Shown here piece by piece: positions 1 through 9,405 of a DNA stretch of 64,000 bases. The notes under the pieces are model-generated. The model did not search any database. It was not told where the DNA came from and saw only the letters and a list, made by a program, of their open reading frames with translations. The translations under genes were made by a program, and so were the position numbers. The stretch is taken from assembly GCA_029555385.1 (NCBI GenBank), contig JAKPSH010000212.1, forward strand, positions 1,151 through 65,150, given 5' to 3'. Every line of letters begins with the position of its first letter. Positions within the stretch are counted from its first letter, which is position 1. The stretch comes from Pseudomonadota bacterium. GTDB taxonomy: Bacteria > Bdellovibrionota_C > UBA2361 > SZUA-149.

Positions 1-194
1 GCGGCGACGGCAATGTCGTAGCCGAGCATGTCGCGGCGCTTGCCTCCTGGCAGCGCAATTACATGGATCTTTACTGCTTGCTCGGTCAGATTGCGCTGCA
101 CTTAGCGCGACAAAAAGGCACTGCCGCAAGCAGCAGTTTGGACATCATTGAAAACATACTGGCCAATCCTATTCCTGGCGCACAAGCACACTAA
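1..194 (+). CDS. 3' end of an unidentified upstream gene (partial, C-terminal ~64 codons)
   Basis: Frame 3 is open from window edge to TAA at 192-194 (…GDGNVVAEHVAALASWQRNYMDLYCLLGQIALHLARQKGTAASSSLDIIENILANPIPGAQAH*); no start in window; below 60-aa cutoff of the ORF track so not listed. Confidence 0.25.
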   Translation, partial: GDGNVVAEHVAALASWQRNYMDLYCLLGQIALHLARQKGTAASSSLDIIENILANPIPGAQAH

Positions 195-254
195 TATGCA
201 TTTCTCACACGCCGCAGAGTCGTAACAAAAGCAATACTTGCATTAAAATAGTGC

Positions 255-307
255 TTGACCGGACCGGCATGATTGGCGTAAACTAGTCTATACTATAAAC
301 TAGTTTA
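255..307 (+). promoter_or_regulatory. Candidate sigma70-type promoter (TTGACC 255-260, 18-nt spacer, TAAACT 279-284) overlapped by a perfect inverted repeat TAAACTAGT-N11-ACTAGTTTA (279-307); putative operator for the downstream membrane-protein/wHTH-regulator pair
   Basis: Inverted repeat read directly; also a direct repeat AAACTAGT at 280-287 and 297-304; followed by SD GGGAGGG (309-315) and ATG at 318. Confidence 0.4.
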
Positions 308-317
308 CGGGAGGGTT

Positions 318-1001
318 ATGGAGCAAGACGAGCTGCGTTCACTTGTCCGGGACTTGAAGAGCATTCGCCAGGCAGTCGACGAGGCCGGGATTAAACAACT
401 GGCGCCAGGCGCAATGCTGAGCCGCTCCCGGCTCCACTTTGCTATACATTTAACGGCAGCAGTGCTTGTCCTTCTGCTCATTCTGGCTGACTGCTTTCTG
501 CGCATCGGCCCGACGCAGTTCCTCATTCAGACGCACTTTCATTTTCCCCTGCGTTTTAGCGCAATCGGCATAATCGGACTGCTGCTCATCTTTCTTTGCG
601 GCGTTCTGTATGCTGCGCTTGCGGTCATGGCTAAACGGGAAGGGGAAGCGCTGGAAGACTACCTTGCGCGGAATCTCCCGTATTTAATGACCATCCCTTT
701 TCTTTCAGACCTATCTGTGAAGTTTGCCGCGGTAAGCCTGTTGATCCTCGCCGGACGTCCGGACTGGGTTGCACCAATGTTTCTCATTTTTATCGGCGAT
801 TATTTATTACAAGGAAGGTTTTTCGTGCTTCCGCTGCGCCTGGCCTGGATTCTCGGTGCAGCCAGCCTTATTGTTGGCGTGCTGCAGTGTCTCTTATGGT
901 ACGGCACATTGCTGCTTCCATTTGGCGTTTTCGTTTCGCTGAGCTTTCTTTCCCTGCTGCATCTTGGCGATTTGCGAAGCAAGAACGAGAGTCAAGCATG
1001 A
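318..1001 (+). CDS. polytopic membrane protein, function unknown
   Basis: 227-aa ORF with strong SD; at least 5 hydrophobic helices; stop TGA overlaps ATG of next gene (ATGA at 998-1001). Confidence 0.6.
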   Translation: MEQDELRSLVRDLKSIRQAVDEAGIKQLAPGAMLSRSRLHFAIHLTAAVLVLLLILADCFLRIGPTQFLIQTHFHFPLRFSAIGIIGLLLIFLCGVLYAALAVMAKREGEALEDYLARNLPYLMTIPFLSDLSVKFAAVSLLILAGRPDWVAPMFLIFIGDYLLQGRFFVLPLRLAWILGAASLIVGVLQCLLWYGTLLLPFGVFVSLSFLSLLHLGDLRSKNESQA

Positions 1002-1291
1002 AATCGTTTGATCCTCCCGCGATTCTCGCCGATCGCAGCCGTCTGCTGATCATGGCCGCTCTAGCCATGGCCGCAAAGCCGGTCGACTTTATGACGCTTG
1101 CCGGTTCACTGCCGCTGACTAAGGGAAATCTTTCCGTTCATTTGCGCAAACTCGAACAAGCTGGACTGATTTCTGTGACAAAGGAGTTTATCGAACGAAA
1201 ACCGCGCACATCTTTCGTTTGCACAGCGCAAGGGCGAAAATGCATCCGCAATTATCTACATGACGTGGAAACGCTGTTAAGCAAGGTTTAA
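998..1291 (+). CDS. winged-helix transcriptional regulator (ArsR/MarR/PadR-like wHTH)
   Basis: ~97 aa; MKSFDPPAILADRSRLLIMAALAMAAKPVDFMTLAGSLPLTKGNLSVHLRKLEQAGLISVTKEF… typical HTH plus wing; translationally coupled to upstream membrane protein. The ORF-track start at 887 is an overlap artefact. Confidence 0.65.
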   Translation: MKSFDPPAILADRSRLLIMAALAMAAKPVDFMTLAGSLPLTKGNLSVHLRKLEQAGLISVTKEFIERKPRTSFVCTAQGRKCIRNYLHDVETLLSKV

Positions 1292-1305
1292 CAAGATGAG
1301 GTTTG

Positions 1306-2193
1306 ATGAAAACACACGCACAAACATCAGCTTGCGGCATGTCCCGCCGCGGGTTCCTGCTTGCTGGCATACAGGGTTTGGCCGCTGCGGCTTTGCTGCA
1401 CAGCCGCTGGATTGAACCGTTCTGGCCGGAAATCAGCCACAGAAAGGTGCTTTTGCCCAAACCGTTTTCTCGGCCTCTGACCATCGCCCATATTTCCGAT
1501 CTGCATGCGTTTGGCTCCATGCCGCTTTGGTATCTGGAGAACAGCTTCCAGCTGCTTGCGCAAGAAACACCGGATTTAATCTGCCTCACGGGCGACTATA
1601 TCTCCAGTACCTTGCCTTCAGCACAGGAGGCCGCGCGCTACAGCCGCCTGCTGAGAATCCTTTCCGATGCTGCTCCGTGCGCGGCATGCCTAGGCAACCA
1701 CGACGGCGGGCAATGGGCGTCCAGATTCGGGGCAGGTGACTCCTGGGAAGAAGCAGCCGGCATCTTGAGCGATGCGAACATCCGCTGCCTTGTTAATGAA
1801 ACTACAATGTATCAATGCCGCGGCCAGCAGGTAGTTGTCGCCGGAACCGCAGATTTATGGAGTGCTCCCGTGGCTTTCGACGAAACGAACCAGAACCTGC
1901 TCCACACAGCGGCCCCGCTCATCATGCTGGCCCACAATCCAGATACCAAAGATGCAATAGCGAATCTTCCCTGGGACATCATGCTCAGCGGACACACTCA
2001 CGGCGGGCAGCTTATTTACCCTTTTTCCAACAAGACGCCGTTTTCCGTAGTTCGAGATCGCCGCTTTATGGCCGGCCTTCACCGCTGGAACGACCGTTGG
2101 CTCCACGTCTCAAGGGGCCTGGGAACATGGCGCGGCGTGCGCATCAACTGCCCGCCGGAGATGACCCTCCTGAGCCTGGAAAGCTGCAATTAA
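1306..2193 (+). CDS. Tat-signal metallophosphoesterase (calcineurin-like phosphoesterase family)
   Basis: SRRGFLLAGIQGLAAAALL twin-arginine signal; metallophosphoesterase motifs IAHISDLH, LTGDYIS, GNHDG, GHTHGGQ; SD GAGG 4 nt before ATG 1306 (track start 1303 is TTG). Confidence 0.8.
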   Translation: MKTHAQTSACGMSRRGFLLAGIQGLAAAALLHSRWIEPFWPEISHRKVLLPKPFSRPLTIAHISDLHAFGSMPLWYLENSFQLLAQETPDLICLTGDYISSTLPSAQEAARYSRLLRILSDAAPCAACLGNHDGGQWASRFGAGDSWEEAAGILSDANIRCLVNETTMYQCRGQQVVVAGTADLWSAPVAFDETNQNLLHTAAPLIMLAHNPDTKDAIANLPWDIMLSGHTHGGQLIYPFSNKTPFSVVRDRRFMAGLHRWNDRWLHVSRGLGTWRGVRINCPPEMTLLSLESCN

Positions 2194-2214
2194 AACAGAG
2201 CGGCGCATTACGTG

Positions 2215-2496
2215 CTATTTCTGCTGCCTCATCCGCTCGGCTTTATAGAACTGATGGCGCTTGACGAGGGTAAACAAGGTGACGGCAACAACGATGCCGA
2301 TGATATAAAGCTGGACCCACCACAAGAAAGAGAACTGCTCCGCCGGAAAGAGCCGCTTCAGCAGATAGAGAACAAGCATGGCTACAGCCCAAGCCGGTCC
2401 CAGATACGGCTCGCTCTCTTCCAAGCGCGACTCATCATAAATCGAGGTATCGATCCGCCGCCGCTTCACAGTTTTCGGTTCCTGCCTCTCGTCCAT
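2215..2496 (-). CDS. small two-helix membrane protein, hypothetical
   Basis: 93-aa ORF with two hydrophobic segments; no homolog recognised. Confidence 0.3.
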   Translation of the reverse strand: MDERQEPKTVKRRRIDTSIYDESRLEESEPYLGPAWAVAMLVLYLLKRLFPAEQFSFLWWVQLYIIGIVVAVTLFTLVKRHQFYKAERMRQQK

Positions 2497-2710
2497 CGTA
2501 AAATGCCGGGGAGTCTGATGTTGACAACTCCAAGGTATAATTCTTCTTCCCCATTTTGCAAAGTGATAAGTACTTTAAGTATCTTGGCCGGGTTATCCGC
2601 CGGCATTTAACGTCAGCCAAGCTATCTTTTTTATCCCTCTCTTCCGGAATAGGAAACTGCACGTTTAATCCCGAAGCAGAGCGCACCACGAGCACCATCG
2701 GAGGAAAACA

Positions 2711-2740
2711 GGCGGAGGCGGAGGCGGAGGCGGAGGCGGA
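2711..2740. repeat. hexanucleotide microsatellite (GGCGGA)x5
   Basis: Perfect tandem repeat read directly in a ~630-bp non-coding interval; degenerate continuation gattaaggccaaggcgaag. Confidence 0.9.
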
Positions 2741-2921
2741 GATTAAGGCCAAGGCGAAGATATAGGCAAAGCTTTTTTCTGGGCAGCAGCTACAATTCCG
2801 CAGCTTTTGCCTCATATCCGCTTAGGACTTACATCGTTGCCGGCACAGCCGGGCTGTTGCGAAAGTCGAGTTTGCGTCAAGTTGAAGGCGCGGCGCTGTC
2901 ATAATGAGGTTGAGCTGAGAA

Positions 2922-2996
2922 TACTAGAGCATTTTTCAGAACCTTGTAGCGCTTTTTGGCGCTGCAAGTTCTAGAAAAAGCTCTATCCTCCGTAGC
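2922..2996. other. structured non-coding segment: imperfect inverted repeat (ctagagcatttttcagaac / gttctagaaaaagctctat) flanking an inner hairpin agcgc-tttttg-gcgct
   Basis: Read directly; no coding potential in any frame; lies between convergent gene ends (2193 + and djlA 3127 -). Confidence 0.35.
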
Positions 2997-3126
2997 TTTA
3001 GCGAAGGAGGATCTCGAATCGGCAGATACGAGGAATCGTAAACAGCTCTAGAACGCTATAACGCGCGGCAGCATAACACATGAATCGAGGGCAGATAGGA
3101 CAGAGTTTTTGAAAGTGGACTTTGTC

Positions 3127-3978
3127 CTAGAAGCCGCGGTCAGAACGCACCTGCTCATAAGCCGCCTGAATCGATGCGAACTTGTGGTTGGCAAACTTGA
3201 TAAAATCTTCCGGCAGCCCTTTCGAAACAATCGTATCCGGATGATACTCCATGACGAGTTTACGGTAGTTCTTCTTAATGTCAGAGACGGCAGCGTTTTT
3301 GTCACAGCCAAGCAGGGCGTATGCTTCAGTAAGGCTTCCCGGGCGCGGCACACCGTTTGTGCCGGCGGAAGAATGTGCGGACCCGTTTGCGGATGACCCG
3401 CTTGATCGGGAGTAGGGCGTTTTCATCTGCTGATAACGGCCGGGGGCGATACCGAAAATGGAGGCCGCCGTGTTAATAAACTGTTCTTCCGCTTCATTGA
3501 GCGGGCCGTCGGCGCAGGCGACATTTAAAAACATCTGCACTGTGCTTTCCAGCATTTCCGGGTGCGCTTGGTAAAGCTCAAAGTATTTGACGGCGCTTGT
3601 TTGAAACGGAACAGCCGAAGTGCGAGCCTTCTTGAAGCTGGTAATTGCCTGAAGGCGCGCCTTGCGTTTGAGCTGCAGCATTTCGGTCATTACACGCTCC
3701 ACGGCACCGATTTCTTCTTTGGAGATTACTCCATCAGCGCCGCAGATTTGACCGAACATATGGAAGAGGCTGGTCAAGTAGGTATTATCGAAATTCTTCC
3801 GGGCCTCGGCCAAGTAAAAGCGCCGGGCGCGCCAGCGCGCAAAACGCATCGTTGCCGCGTAGTCCACAACGTGACCGACAAAAAGCCCGACCAGCAAGCC
3901 GACAAGCTGGTTCACACCGAACCAAGCCGCAGCCTGAAACCCGAAATAAGCAAAGAGGAGCTTGAAAACAAAAATCAT
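3127..3978 (-). CDS. djlA: co-chaperone DjlA (N-terminal TM anchor, TerB-like middle, C-terminal J-domain)
   Basis: C-terminal J domain with HPD motif ([29 protein letters not shown]); N-terminal hydrophobic helix; architecture and size match DjlA; start moved to MIFVF (ATG 3976-3978). Confidence 0.8.
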   Translation of the reverse strand: MIFVFKLLFAYFGFQAAAWFGVNQLVGLLVGLFVGHVVDYAATMRFARWRARRFYLAEARKNFDNTYLTSLFHMFGQICGADGVISKEEIGAVERVMTEMLQLKRKARLQAITSFKKARTSAVPFQTSAVKYFELYQAHPEMLESTVQMFLNVACADGPLNEAEEQFINTAASIFGIAPGRYQQMKTPYSRSSGSSANGSAHSSAGTNGVPRPGSLTEAYALLGCDKNAAVSDIKKNYRKLVMEYHPDTIVSKGLPEDFIKFANHKFASIQAAYEQVRSDRGF

Positions 3979-4152
3979 CGTACCGCCCCGGAAGCCCGCC
4001 GCAATATCGAGTTGCGAGATACAACGGCCAGGAAAAAACATGCTCCATCAGTTGTTATGAATGTTTTTCTGCGGTTTGTTCCCTGACTAAGCCGCAATGC
4101 CTGAAGGCTGGCGGCGCTTAACCGGCCGGGGTTTGTGCGTAAGTATCCGGAA

Positions 4153-4983
4153 TTACAGCGCAGTTTTCTTCTTGCTGCGTCTCTTTTCAAGAGAATACAA
4201 GAAAATCCTGTTCATCACCGCAAGTGCACTCGAACGGCGTCCCGCAATTCGGTAGTCCCCGGAGGATTGAAGAAGAATTTCCTTAAGCGCGCTTACCGGT
4301 CGTGAAGCATCAAACGACCCGATACCGGCGATGCCATAGGTTCCAATCCGCAGTTCCTCGCCAGGGAGAGGCAGGGGATCCGAGCCGGCAATAATTTTCA
4401 CGCCATTTTTCGCACCATACCGCATCAGCAGCGGCTCCGGCCAAATATCGGGCCGAAGCGTCGTATCACAAAGAACAACCGGCAAACGATCGCTTGAGTC
4501 AATGATCTGCCGCACCAGCCGCCCGCGCGAAAAGAACCACTTCCCGGGCGCCCAGTTAATCACGGGGATGCCCCCCGCATCACGAATTGCCGCGGCCGCC
4601 GCACCAAAGGACAGTGCATGGTCCGCGATTTCCGGTGATGCGCCGAGCGCGATAACCTCCAGCCGTTCGACAGTGTTGATTTGCCGTCCAGCAATAAGAA
4701 TGAGCTGCTCGCCGTCGGCGAAAGTCAGGCATAACCCGCCGTCTTCGGCACAAGGACGGCATTGCGCGCCGGCAGCGTTCAGAGACAGGCGACCTTCACG
4801 CAGATCGCGGAAATAATGACAGTCAAAACGTTCGGCAAGACAGCAAATACGCACGGGTTGAGCAGACAAATCGCCGCAGGCCTCCCGGAACAAAAGGTCA
4901 AGCCGCGTCGAAGCTGCCCGCAGCGCCGGGACTAGGTCATAGCCAAGGTACAAATGAACATGCGCATCGCAAACAAAAGCCAT
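4153..4983 (-). CDS. amidohydrolase-2 family (TIM-barrel metal-dependent hydrolase), substrate unknown
   Basis: N-terminal CDAHVHL (DxHxH metal site) and C-terminal IIAGSDPLP (GSDxP motif) typical of PF04909-like hydrolases. Confidence 0.5.
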   Translation of the reverse strand: MAFVCDAHVHLYLGYDLVPALRAASTRLDLLFREACGDLSAQPVRICCLAERFDCHYFRDLREGRLSLNAAGAQCRPCAEDGGLCLTFADGEQLILIAGRQINTVERLEVIALGASPEIADHALSFGAAAAAIRDAGGIPVINWAPGKWFFSRGRLVRQIIDSSDRLPVVLCDTTLRPDIWPEPLLMRYGAKNGVKIIAGSDPLPLPGEELRIGTYGIAGIGSFDASRPVSALKEILLQSSGDYRIAGRRSSALAVMNRIFLYSLEKRRSKKKTAL

Positions 4984-5120
4984 CGCCTAAATCCGTTGCT
5001 TGATTGAACCGCGGATGCAAGGTAGCTTAGCCGTCCAACAATATCTAGGAAACAAATTTAACGATAAAAACAGTCACAAATAGCTCGCGATGATATCTTT
5101 TGTGAAAGCGTGGAGAAGAG

Positions 5121-6365
5121 ATGCTTAAGTCAATTACGTTGCTGGGTTCTTCCTCGGGCAGAAATGCTGGAGATGCAGCACTACTTTCTGCGATTATGGA
5201 TTCCGTTGACCGCTCGTGCGGCACACGTTTGCTTTATGAAATTCCCACAATCAAACCCGGCTTTATCCGCAATAATTACAACAACCGTGTGCAGCCGATT
5301 TCCATGCTGCCGTGGCATGCGTCAGTCAAAATGTTCGGTGTGCCGACCTGCCGCTCAATCATGCGCACTGACTTGAGTCTCATCTTCGACGCGATACTTT
5401 TTGATCGCGCACTGTACAACCCGCTGTTCAACTTCTTGTCAACACTTTATCTGCTGCTTCCACGCGCCAAACGGCGCGGCAAGAAAATTGCCTGCTTCAA
5501 TGTCGGCACGGGACCTGTAACTACCCCAGCCGGCCAGCGCATGCTGCGCGAGTTGGCGGAAATAATGGAATTCATCACGGTACGCGACCAATCGTCGCTG
5601 GATATTCTTAAAGACATCGGCGTGAAAAACGAGCGGCTAATCCTCACAGCAGATGCAGCACTCAACGTCGCCCCTTGCGATGAGGAGCGCATTCGCCAGA
5701 TTTTCTCCCAGCTAAAGCTTAACCCCGAACAGGAAATTCTGGGCATTAATATCAACTCGTACATTGATACGTGGGCTGGACCAGATCACCAACCGATGGG
5801 TAAAGCCAAGTTCTTAACAGAATATGCCGCTGCCCTCAGCAGAGCTGCGCGCAAATTGCACGTACCGCTGCTTTTTGTCTGTTCGCAGCACAACGATGTT
5901 GCGATTACCAAAGAGTTGATGTCGCGTGTTCAGTGCAACGAACCGAAAGTGATGATTTCCAACCGCCAATATAATCACCACGACCTCAAAGGCGTTCTCT
6001 CCCGCATTTCGCTTCTTTTCGGCATGCGGCTGCATGCAATGATTTTAGCATCTTCGGGCTGCACACCGATCATCGGCCTCGCCTACCAGCCAAAATGCGA
6101 ATACTATTTCAACACTTTGACCCTTCCGGAGCATATCATGCGTTTTTCTGCCTTCGGTGAGGAAACGCTGCTCGAACACATCTTGTGCGGCTGGGAAAAA
6201 AAGAACGCAATTCGCAAGGTGCTCAACAGCCGTATTCCTGTATTGCAGCGCGAGGCAAACAAAGCAGCAGACTTGGTCGCAGCGATGCACCGGGATGAAC
6301 CGGTCGCACCCCTGCTTGCGCGTTTTGCAGCGGAAGGGCCGGCAACCCAGGCCTCCGCCGTTTAG
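5121..6365 (+). CDS. polysaccharide pyruvyl transferase family protein (CsaB/WcaK-like)
   Basis: N-terminal LLGSSSGRNAGDAALL signature of pyruvyl transferases; 414 aa. Confidence 0.7.
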   Translation: MLKSITLLGSSSGRNAGDAALLSAIMDSVDRSCGTRLLYEIPTIKPGFIRNNYNNRVQPISMLPWHASVKMFGVPTCRSIMRTDLSLIFDAILFDRALYNPLFNFLSTLYLLLPRAKRRGKKIACFNVGTGPVTTPAGQRMLRELAEIMEFITVRDQSSLDILKDIGVKNERLILTADAALNVAPCDEERIRQIFSQLKLNPEQEILGININSYIDTWAGPDHQPMGKAKFLTEYAAALSRAARKLHVPLLFVCSQHNDVAITKELMSRVQCNEPKVMISNRQYNHHDLKGVLSRISLLFGMRLHAMILASSGCTPIIGLAYQPKCEYYFNTLTLPEHIMRFSAFGEETLLEHILCGWEKKNAIRKVLNSRIPVLQREANKAADLVAAMHRDEPVAPLLARFAAEGPATQASAV

Positions 6366-6429
6366 CTTTGCTTCAGCGGTCCGGCATGCTATGTTTCCGG
6401 CTTCCCGCTGGGCACAGGCCAAAAACAGG

Positions 6430-7713
6430 ATGACCGGATCTGCCGCAAAAACTAAGCGTATTCTTTTCCTTGAACCGCAGCCGTTCTTCGCTGTGCGCGG
6501 CAGCCCGTTTCGCGTCCGCGCCACTGTATCAGCGTTAACTGAACTTGGTTACTGTGTAGATTTGGTTGTTTTGCCGCTGGGGGAGAATATTACTATCCCT
6601 GGCGTGGAGATTCTTCGCGTACCGAAAATCCCCGGCATCCGCTGCGTCCCTACCGGCCCCTCCTTAGCTAAGTTTTTCTACGATTCCGTCCTCTTTTTTT
6701 ACGCGTTGAAGTTGCTCTTGCGGCGCAGGTATACTGCCGTACATGGTGTTGAGGAAGCCGGCATCATTGCCGCAATAATCGGGCGTCTATTCGCGCTTCC
6801 ATATATATTCGACATGCACTCGTGCATGCCGGAACAATTAGCTAATCTCGATCTACCGTGTGCGCGTCTTTTTGCGCGGTTTGTTGCTTTGGTTGAAAAA
6901 CACTGCATCCGCCGGGCCGCCGCAGTGATGACGGTCGGAGAAGAACATGCTCTTTACGCCCGCGGCATCGCACCGCTTGTTCATGCAGTAAGCGTGCCTG
7001 ATGCCGCTCTGGATGACACGGGCAAGGCCAGCGCGGCTGATGTGGAGCGTTTGCGCAGAGAACTTAACATTCAGGATAAGAGAGTTGCTGTTTACACGGG
7101 CAACTTCGATCCTTGCCAGGGGATACCGCTGCTGTTGCGCGGATTTGCGGCAATGTTTGAGCGCAAGGAAGCATTCGCGCACCGTGACAATTGCGTTCTG
7201 TTGATTGTCGGCGGAGCGCCGGAGGAAGAGGAACGCCGTAAAGTGCAGCTTGAACTCGCCCAAACGCTGAACATTGCAGACGCCGTTGTTTTCACTGGAA
7301 CACGCCCTGCCGCAGAGATGCCCGCATTTATGGCGCTTGCTGACGTGCTTGTCTCCGCGCGAATATCCGGCGCAAACACACCGCTAAAAATTTACAGTTA
7401 TATGGCCGCAGAAAGGATAATTGCAGCAACCCGCATCAGCTCGCACACTCAGGTGCTTAGCGATGCGACCGCTTTGCTCTGCGAACCTGAACCAAAAGCA
7501 CTGGGACAAGTGCTGGCCGCAGCTTTCGATCCTGCACCGAGCGCTCTGCAAAAACGTCGCTCGATGATCATTGCCGCCAAAAGATTAGTAGAACTGCGCT
7601 TCAGCAGAAGCAGCTTCAAAACTCAGCTTAGCGCGCTTTATTCTGCTGTTGAACAACCTCGTTGCGCTAGCCGTAATACCTCACAACCTCGGGCTGTGAG
7701 ATATCGCGGCTAG
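6430..7713 (+). CDS. glycosyltransferase family 4 (GT-B, group 1)
   Basis: KRILFLEP… N-terminal Rossmann beginning, EX7E-like C-terminal region; ORF-track start 6157 overlaps previous gene, so trimmed to ATG 6430. Confidence 0.7.
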   Translation: MTGSAAKTKRILFLEPQPFFAVRGSPFRVRATVSALTELGYCVDLVVLPLGENITIPGVEILRVPKIPGIRCVPTGPSLAKFFYDSVLFFYALKLLLRRRYTAVHGVEEAGIIAAIIGRLFALPYIFDMHSCMPEQLANLDLPCARLFARFVALVEKHCIRRAAAVMTVGEEHALYARGIAPLVHAVSVPDAALDDTGKASAADVERLRRELNIQDKRVAVYTGNFDPCQGIPLLLRGFAAMFERKEAFAHRDNCVLLIVGGAPEEEERRKVQLELAQTLNIADAVVFTGTRPAAEMPAFMALADVLVSARISGANTPLKIYSYMAAERIIAATRISSHTQVLSDATALLCEPEPKALGQVLAAAFDPAPSALQKRRSMIIAAKRLVELRFSRSSFKTQLSALYSAVEQPRCASRNTSQPRAVRYRG

Positions 7714-8966
7714 AAGAACCCAAACGCCAAAGCAGCAACAATAGTCGGAGGCACAGCGGCAAGCAGCAGCCCGAGCGGATGAACGGCGGCATCATCAAAC
7801 TTTTCCTTCAAAATCGCGATGCCCGCGGGATTTGGCGCGTTGGCAATTATGGTCAGCCCGCCCCCTGTTACCGCGCCGGCGACAAGCGCATACTTAAATC
7901 CATCCGACAGTCCTTCAACAAGCGACCCAAGATAAGTCAACGCCGCATTGTCAGTGAATGCCGTGAGCACCATTGCCCCATAAAACACCTGTTCGCTGCT
8001 CATGTTCATCAGCAGCGGCTGCAGCCACCACTGCTGCTTGCCGCCTAAAACAACGAGGCCCGCAAGAAAGAACGCCACGAGCAGGCCTTCGCGCAGGATT
8101 AACCGATCCTGGTGATGATGATAAGCATGGGCGATGCCCAAACAGAAAAGGAGAAGGCCCATAAACATCGGCGGATGATGCGCGAACACAACAATGCCCA
8201 CTAAAATCAAAACGTGAAACAGCAGCAGCGCAAGCGGCACTCGGGGCGAAGCGGCTTCTTGAGGCGTCTCCGGGAGTCCCGCCAACTCCCGGCGAAGAAA
8301 AAGCGTCACCCCAAACGCGTTGATCAGCACCGCAGCGGCTGCCTTCCAACCAAACATCGTAATCATAAAGCTGAAGTCCCAACCCCAGGTGTTGGCAACC
8401 ATCAGCACCGGCGGCGCAGCAAAAGGGGTCAGTGTCCCTCCGATGGACACATTAACAAACAACACTCCCAGGGTGATGTATTTAAACCTGTTGGAGACAC
8501 CGGCGACAAAGAAACGGCTGGAAATAATCAAGGCCGCAAGCGTCATCGCGGCAGGTTCTGTAATGAACGATCCAAATAAAGGGACGAGAGCCAAGGTAGT
8601 AAAATAAAAACTCATTGAGCGTCCAAGGGGAAGCAGCCGCGAAACAAGCAGCACCCCTGCCATGGCAAGCTGTAAAATCGCACGCGTCCCGGCAGCAACC
8701 ATAATCGCAAAGACAAACATCGGTTCAGTGAAATTACGGTTGTCGATATAATCTGTCGCCGCACTTGCTCCGTCCGTCACAAACATGGCCGCGACAAAGA
8801 CGATCGCCCAAAAACCGAAAACCACCTCGACCTCGCCAAGCAATCTCCATAGCCCGGCATGCGATGCCTGGGTGTGCGCCAGGTTTTCAAAAAACTTTGT
8901 AGCAAACGTGTGCACTATCGCAACAGCGAAAAGCACAGCAGCAATGAGTTCGATCGTGGCAGGCAT
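7710..8966 (-). CDS. polytopic ion transporter (ArsB/NhaD-superfamily permease; resembles DUF1504/Na_H_antiport_2 putative Na+/H+ antiporters)
   Basis: 418 aa, ~11-12 hydrophobic helices; N-terminus IELIAAVLFAVAIVHTFATKFFENLAH recalled as typical of that family; assignment from memory only. Confidence 0.55.
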   Translation of the reverse strand: MPATIELIAAVLFAVAIVHTFATKFFENLAHTQASHAGLWRLLGEVEVVFGFWAIVFVAAMFVTDGASAATDYIDNRNFTEPMFVFAIMVAAGTRAILQLAMAGVLLVSRLLPLGRSMSFYFTTLALVPLFGSFITEPAAMTLAALIISSRFFVAGVSNRFKYITLGVLFVNVSIGGTLTPFAAPPVLMVANTWGWDFSFMITMFGWKAAAAVLINAFGVTLFLRRELAGLPETPQEAASPRVPLALLLFHVLILVGIVVFAHHPPMFMGLLLFCLGIAHAYHHHQDRLILREGLLVAFFLAGLVVLGGKQQWWLQPLLMNMSSEQVFYGAMVLTAFTDNAALTYLGSLVEGLSDGFKYALVAGAVTGGGLTIIANAPNPAGIAILKEKFDDAAVHPLGLLLAAVPPTIVAALAFGFF

Positions 8967-9043
8967 ATCTGATTGAAATCAGCCAATAATGCTAAACGAA
9001 CGCTCTACAAAAATGACGCAGCAACAAGATTAGAAGAATAGGG

Positions 9044-9067
9044 GGGCGGATGCAAACGCATCCGCCC
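9044..9067 (-). terminator. candidate intrinsic terminator for lipoprotein gene (perfect 10-bp stem GGGCGGATGC/GCATCCGCCC, loop AAAC)
   Basis: Hairpin read directly 21 nt downstream of the minus-strand stop at 9088; followed on minus strand by CCCTATTCTTCTAATCTT. Confidence 0.4.
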
Positions 9068-9087
9068 TTGTCGCAATCCGGTAGATA

Positions 9088-9405
9088 TTAATTTGCAGCG
9101 GGAGCGGGGTCCGGCTCGGAGGCTGGTTCTGCCGGTTTTTCCGCTTCGGACTTAGCTGCTTCTTCCGTATTTTGTTCAACAGCTTCCGGCTTGGCTTCTC
9201 CGGGAGTTTCCTCAGCCGTCTTTTCCTGAGTCTGAGCCGGCGGCTCTTCTTTCGCGACTTCCGGTTTGGCATCAGCAGGAGCTGCCGCTTGTTCCTGCGC
9301 CGGAGCCGGCGCCGTCTCTTGTTTTGCCTCGTCCTTGGCACAAGCAGTTAGCGGAGCAACAGCAAAGATTAACGCAAAACAACATACGAGTAGTATTTTT
9401 ATCAT
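9088..9405 (-). CDS. secreted lipoprotein with low-complexity Ala/Pro/Glu-rich tail
   Basis: Signal peptide plus lipobox LTAC|A; remainder PAPAQEQAAAPADAKPEVAKEEPP… low-complexity. Confidence 0.6.
   Translation of the reverse strand: MIKILLVCCFALIFAVAPLTACAKDEAKQETAPAPAQEQAAAPADAKPEVAKEEPPAQTQEKTAEETPGEAKPEAVEQNTEEAAKSEAEKPAEPASEPDPAPAAN

Noticed and set aside
887-997. Upstream extension of the regulator ORF (track start 887)
   Set aside because: Overlaps the membrane-protein gene; ATGA overlap at 998-1001 gives a canonical coupled start.
2435-2815. 126-aa minus ORF and 2556-2765 plus ORF spanning the hexanucleotide repeat
   Set aside because: Translations are repeat-driven (SASASASA / AEAEAEAE); no RBS; region judged non-coding.
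6157-6429. N-terminal 91 codons of the track ORF 6157-7713
   Set aside because: Overlaps the 3' end of the pyruvyl-transferase gene in another frame; Cys/Arg-rich with no RBS; a true GT4 start at ATG 6430 fits.
9030-9341. 103-aa Arg/Lys-rich minus ORF
   Set aside because: Alternative frame of the low-complexity lipoprotein gene; produced by the repetitive GAA/GCA-rich sequence.
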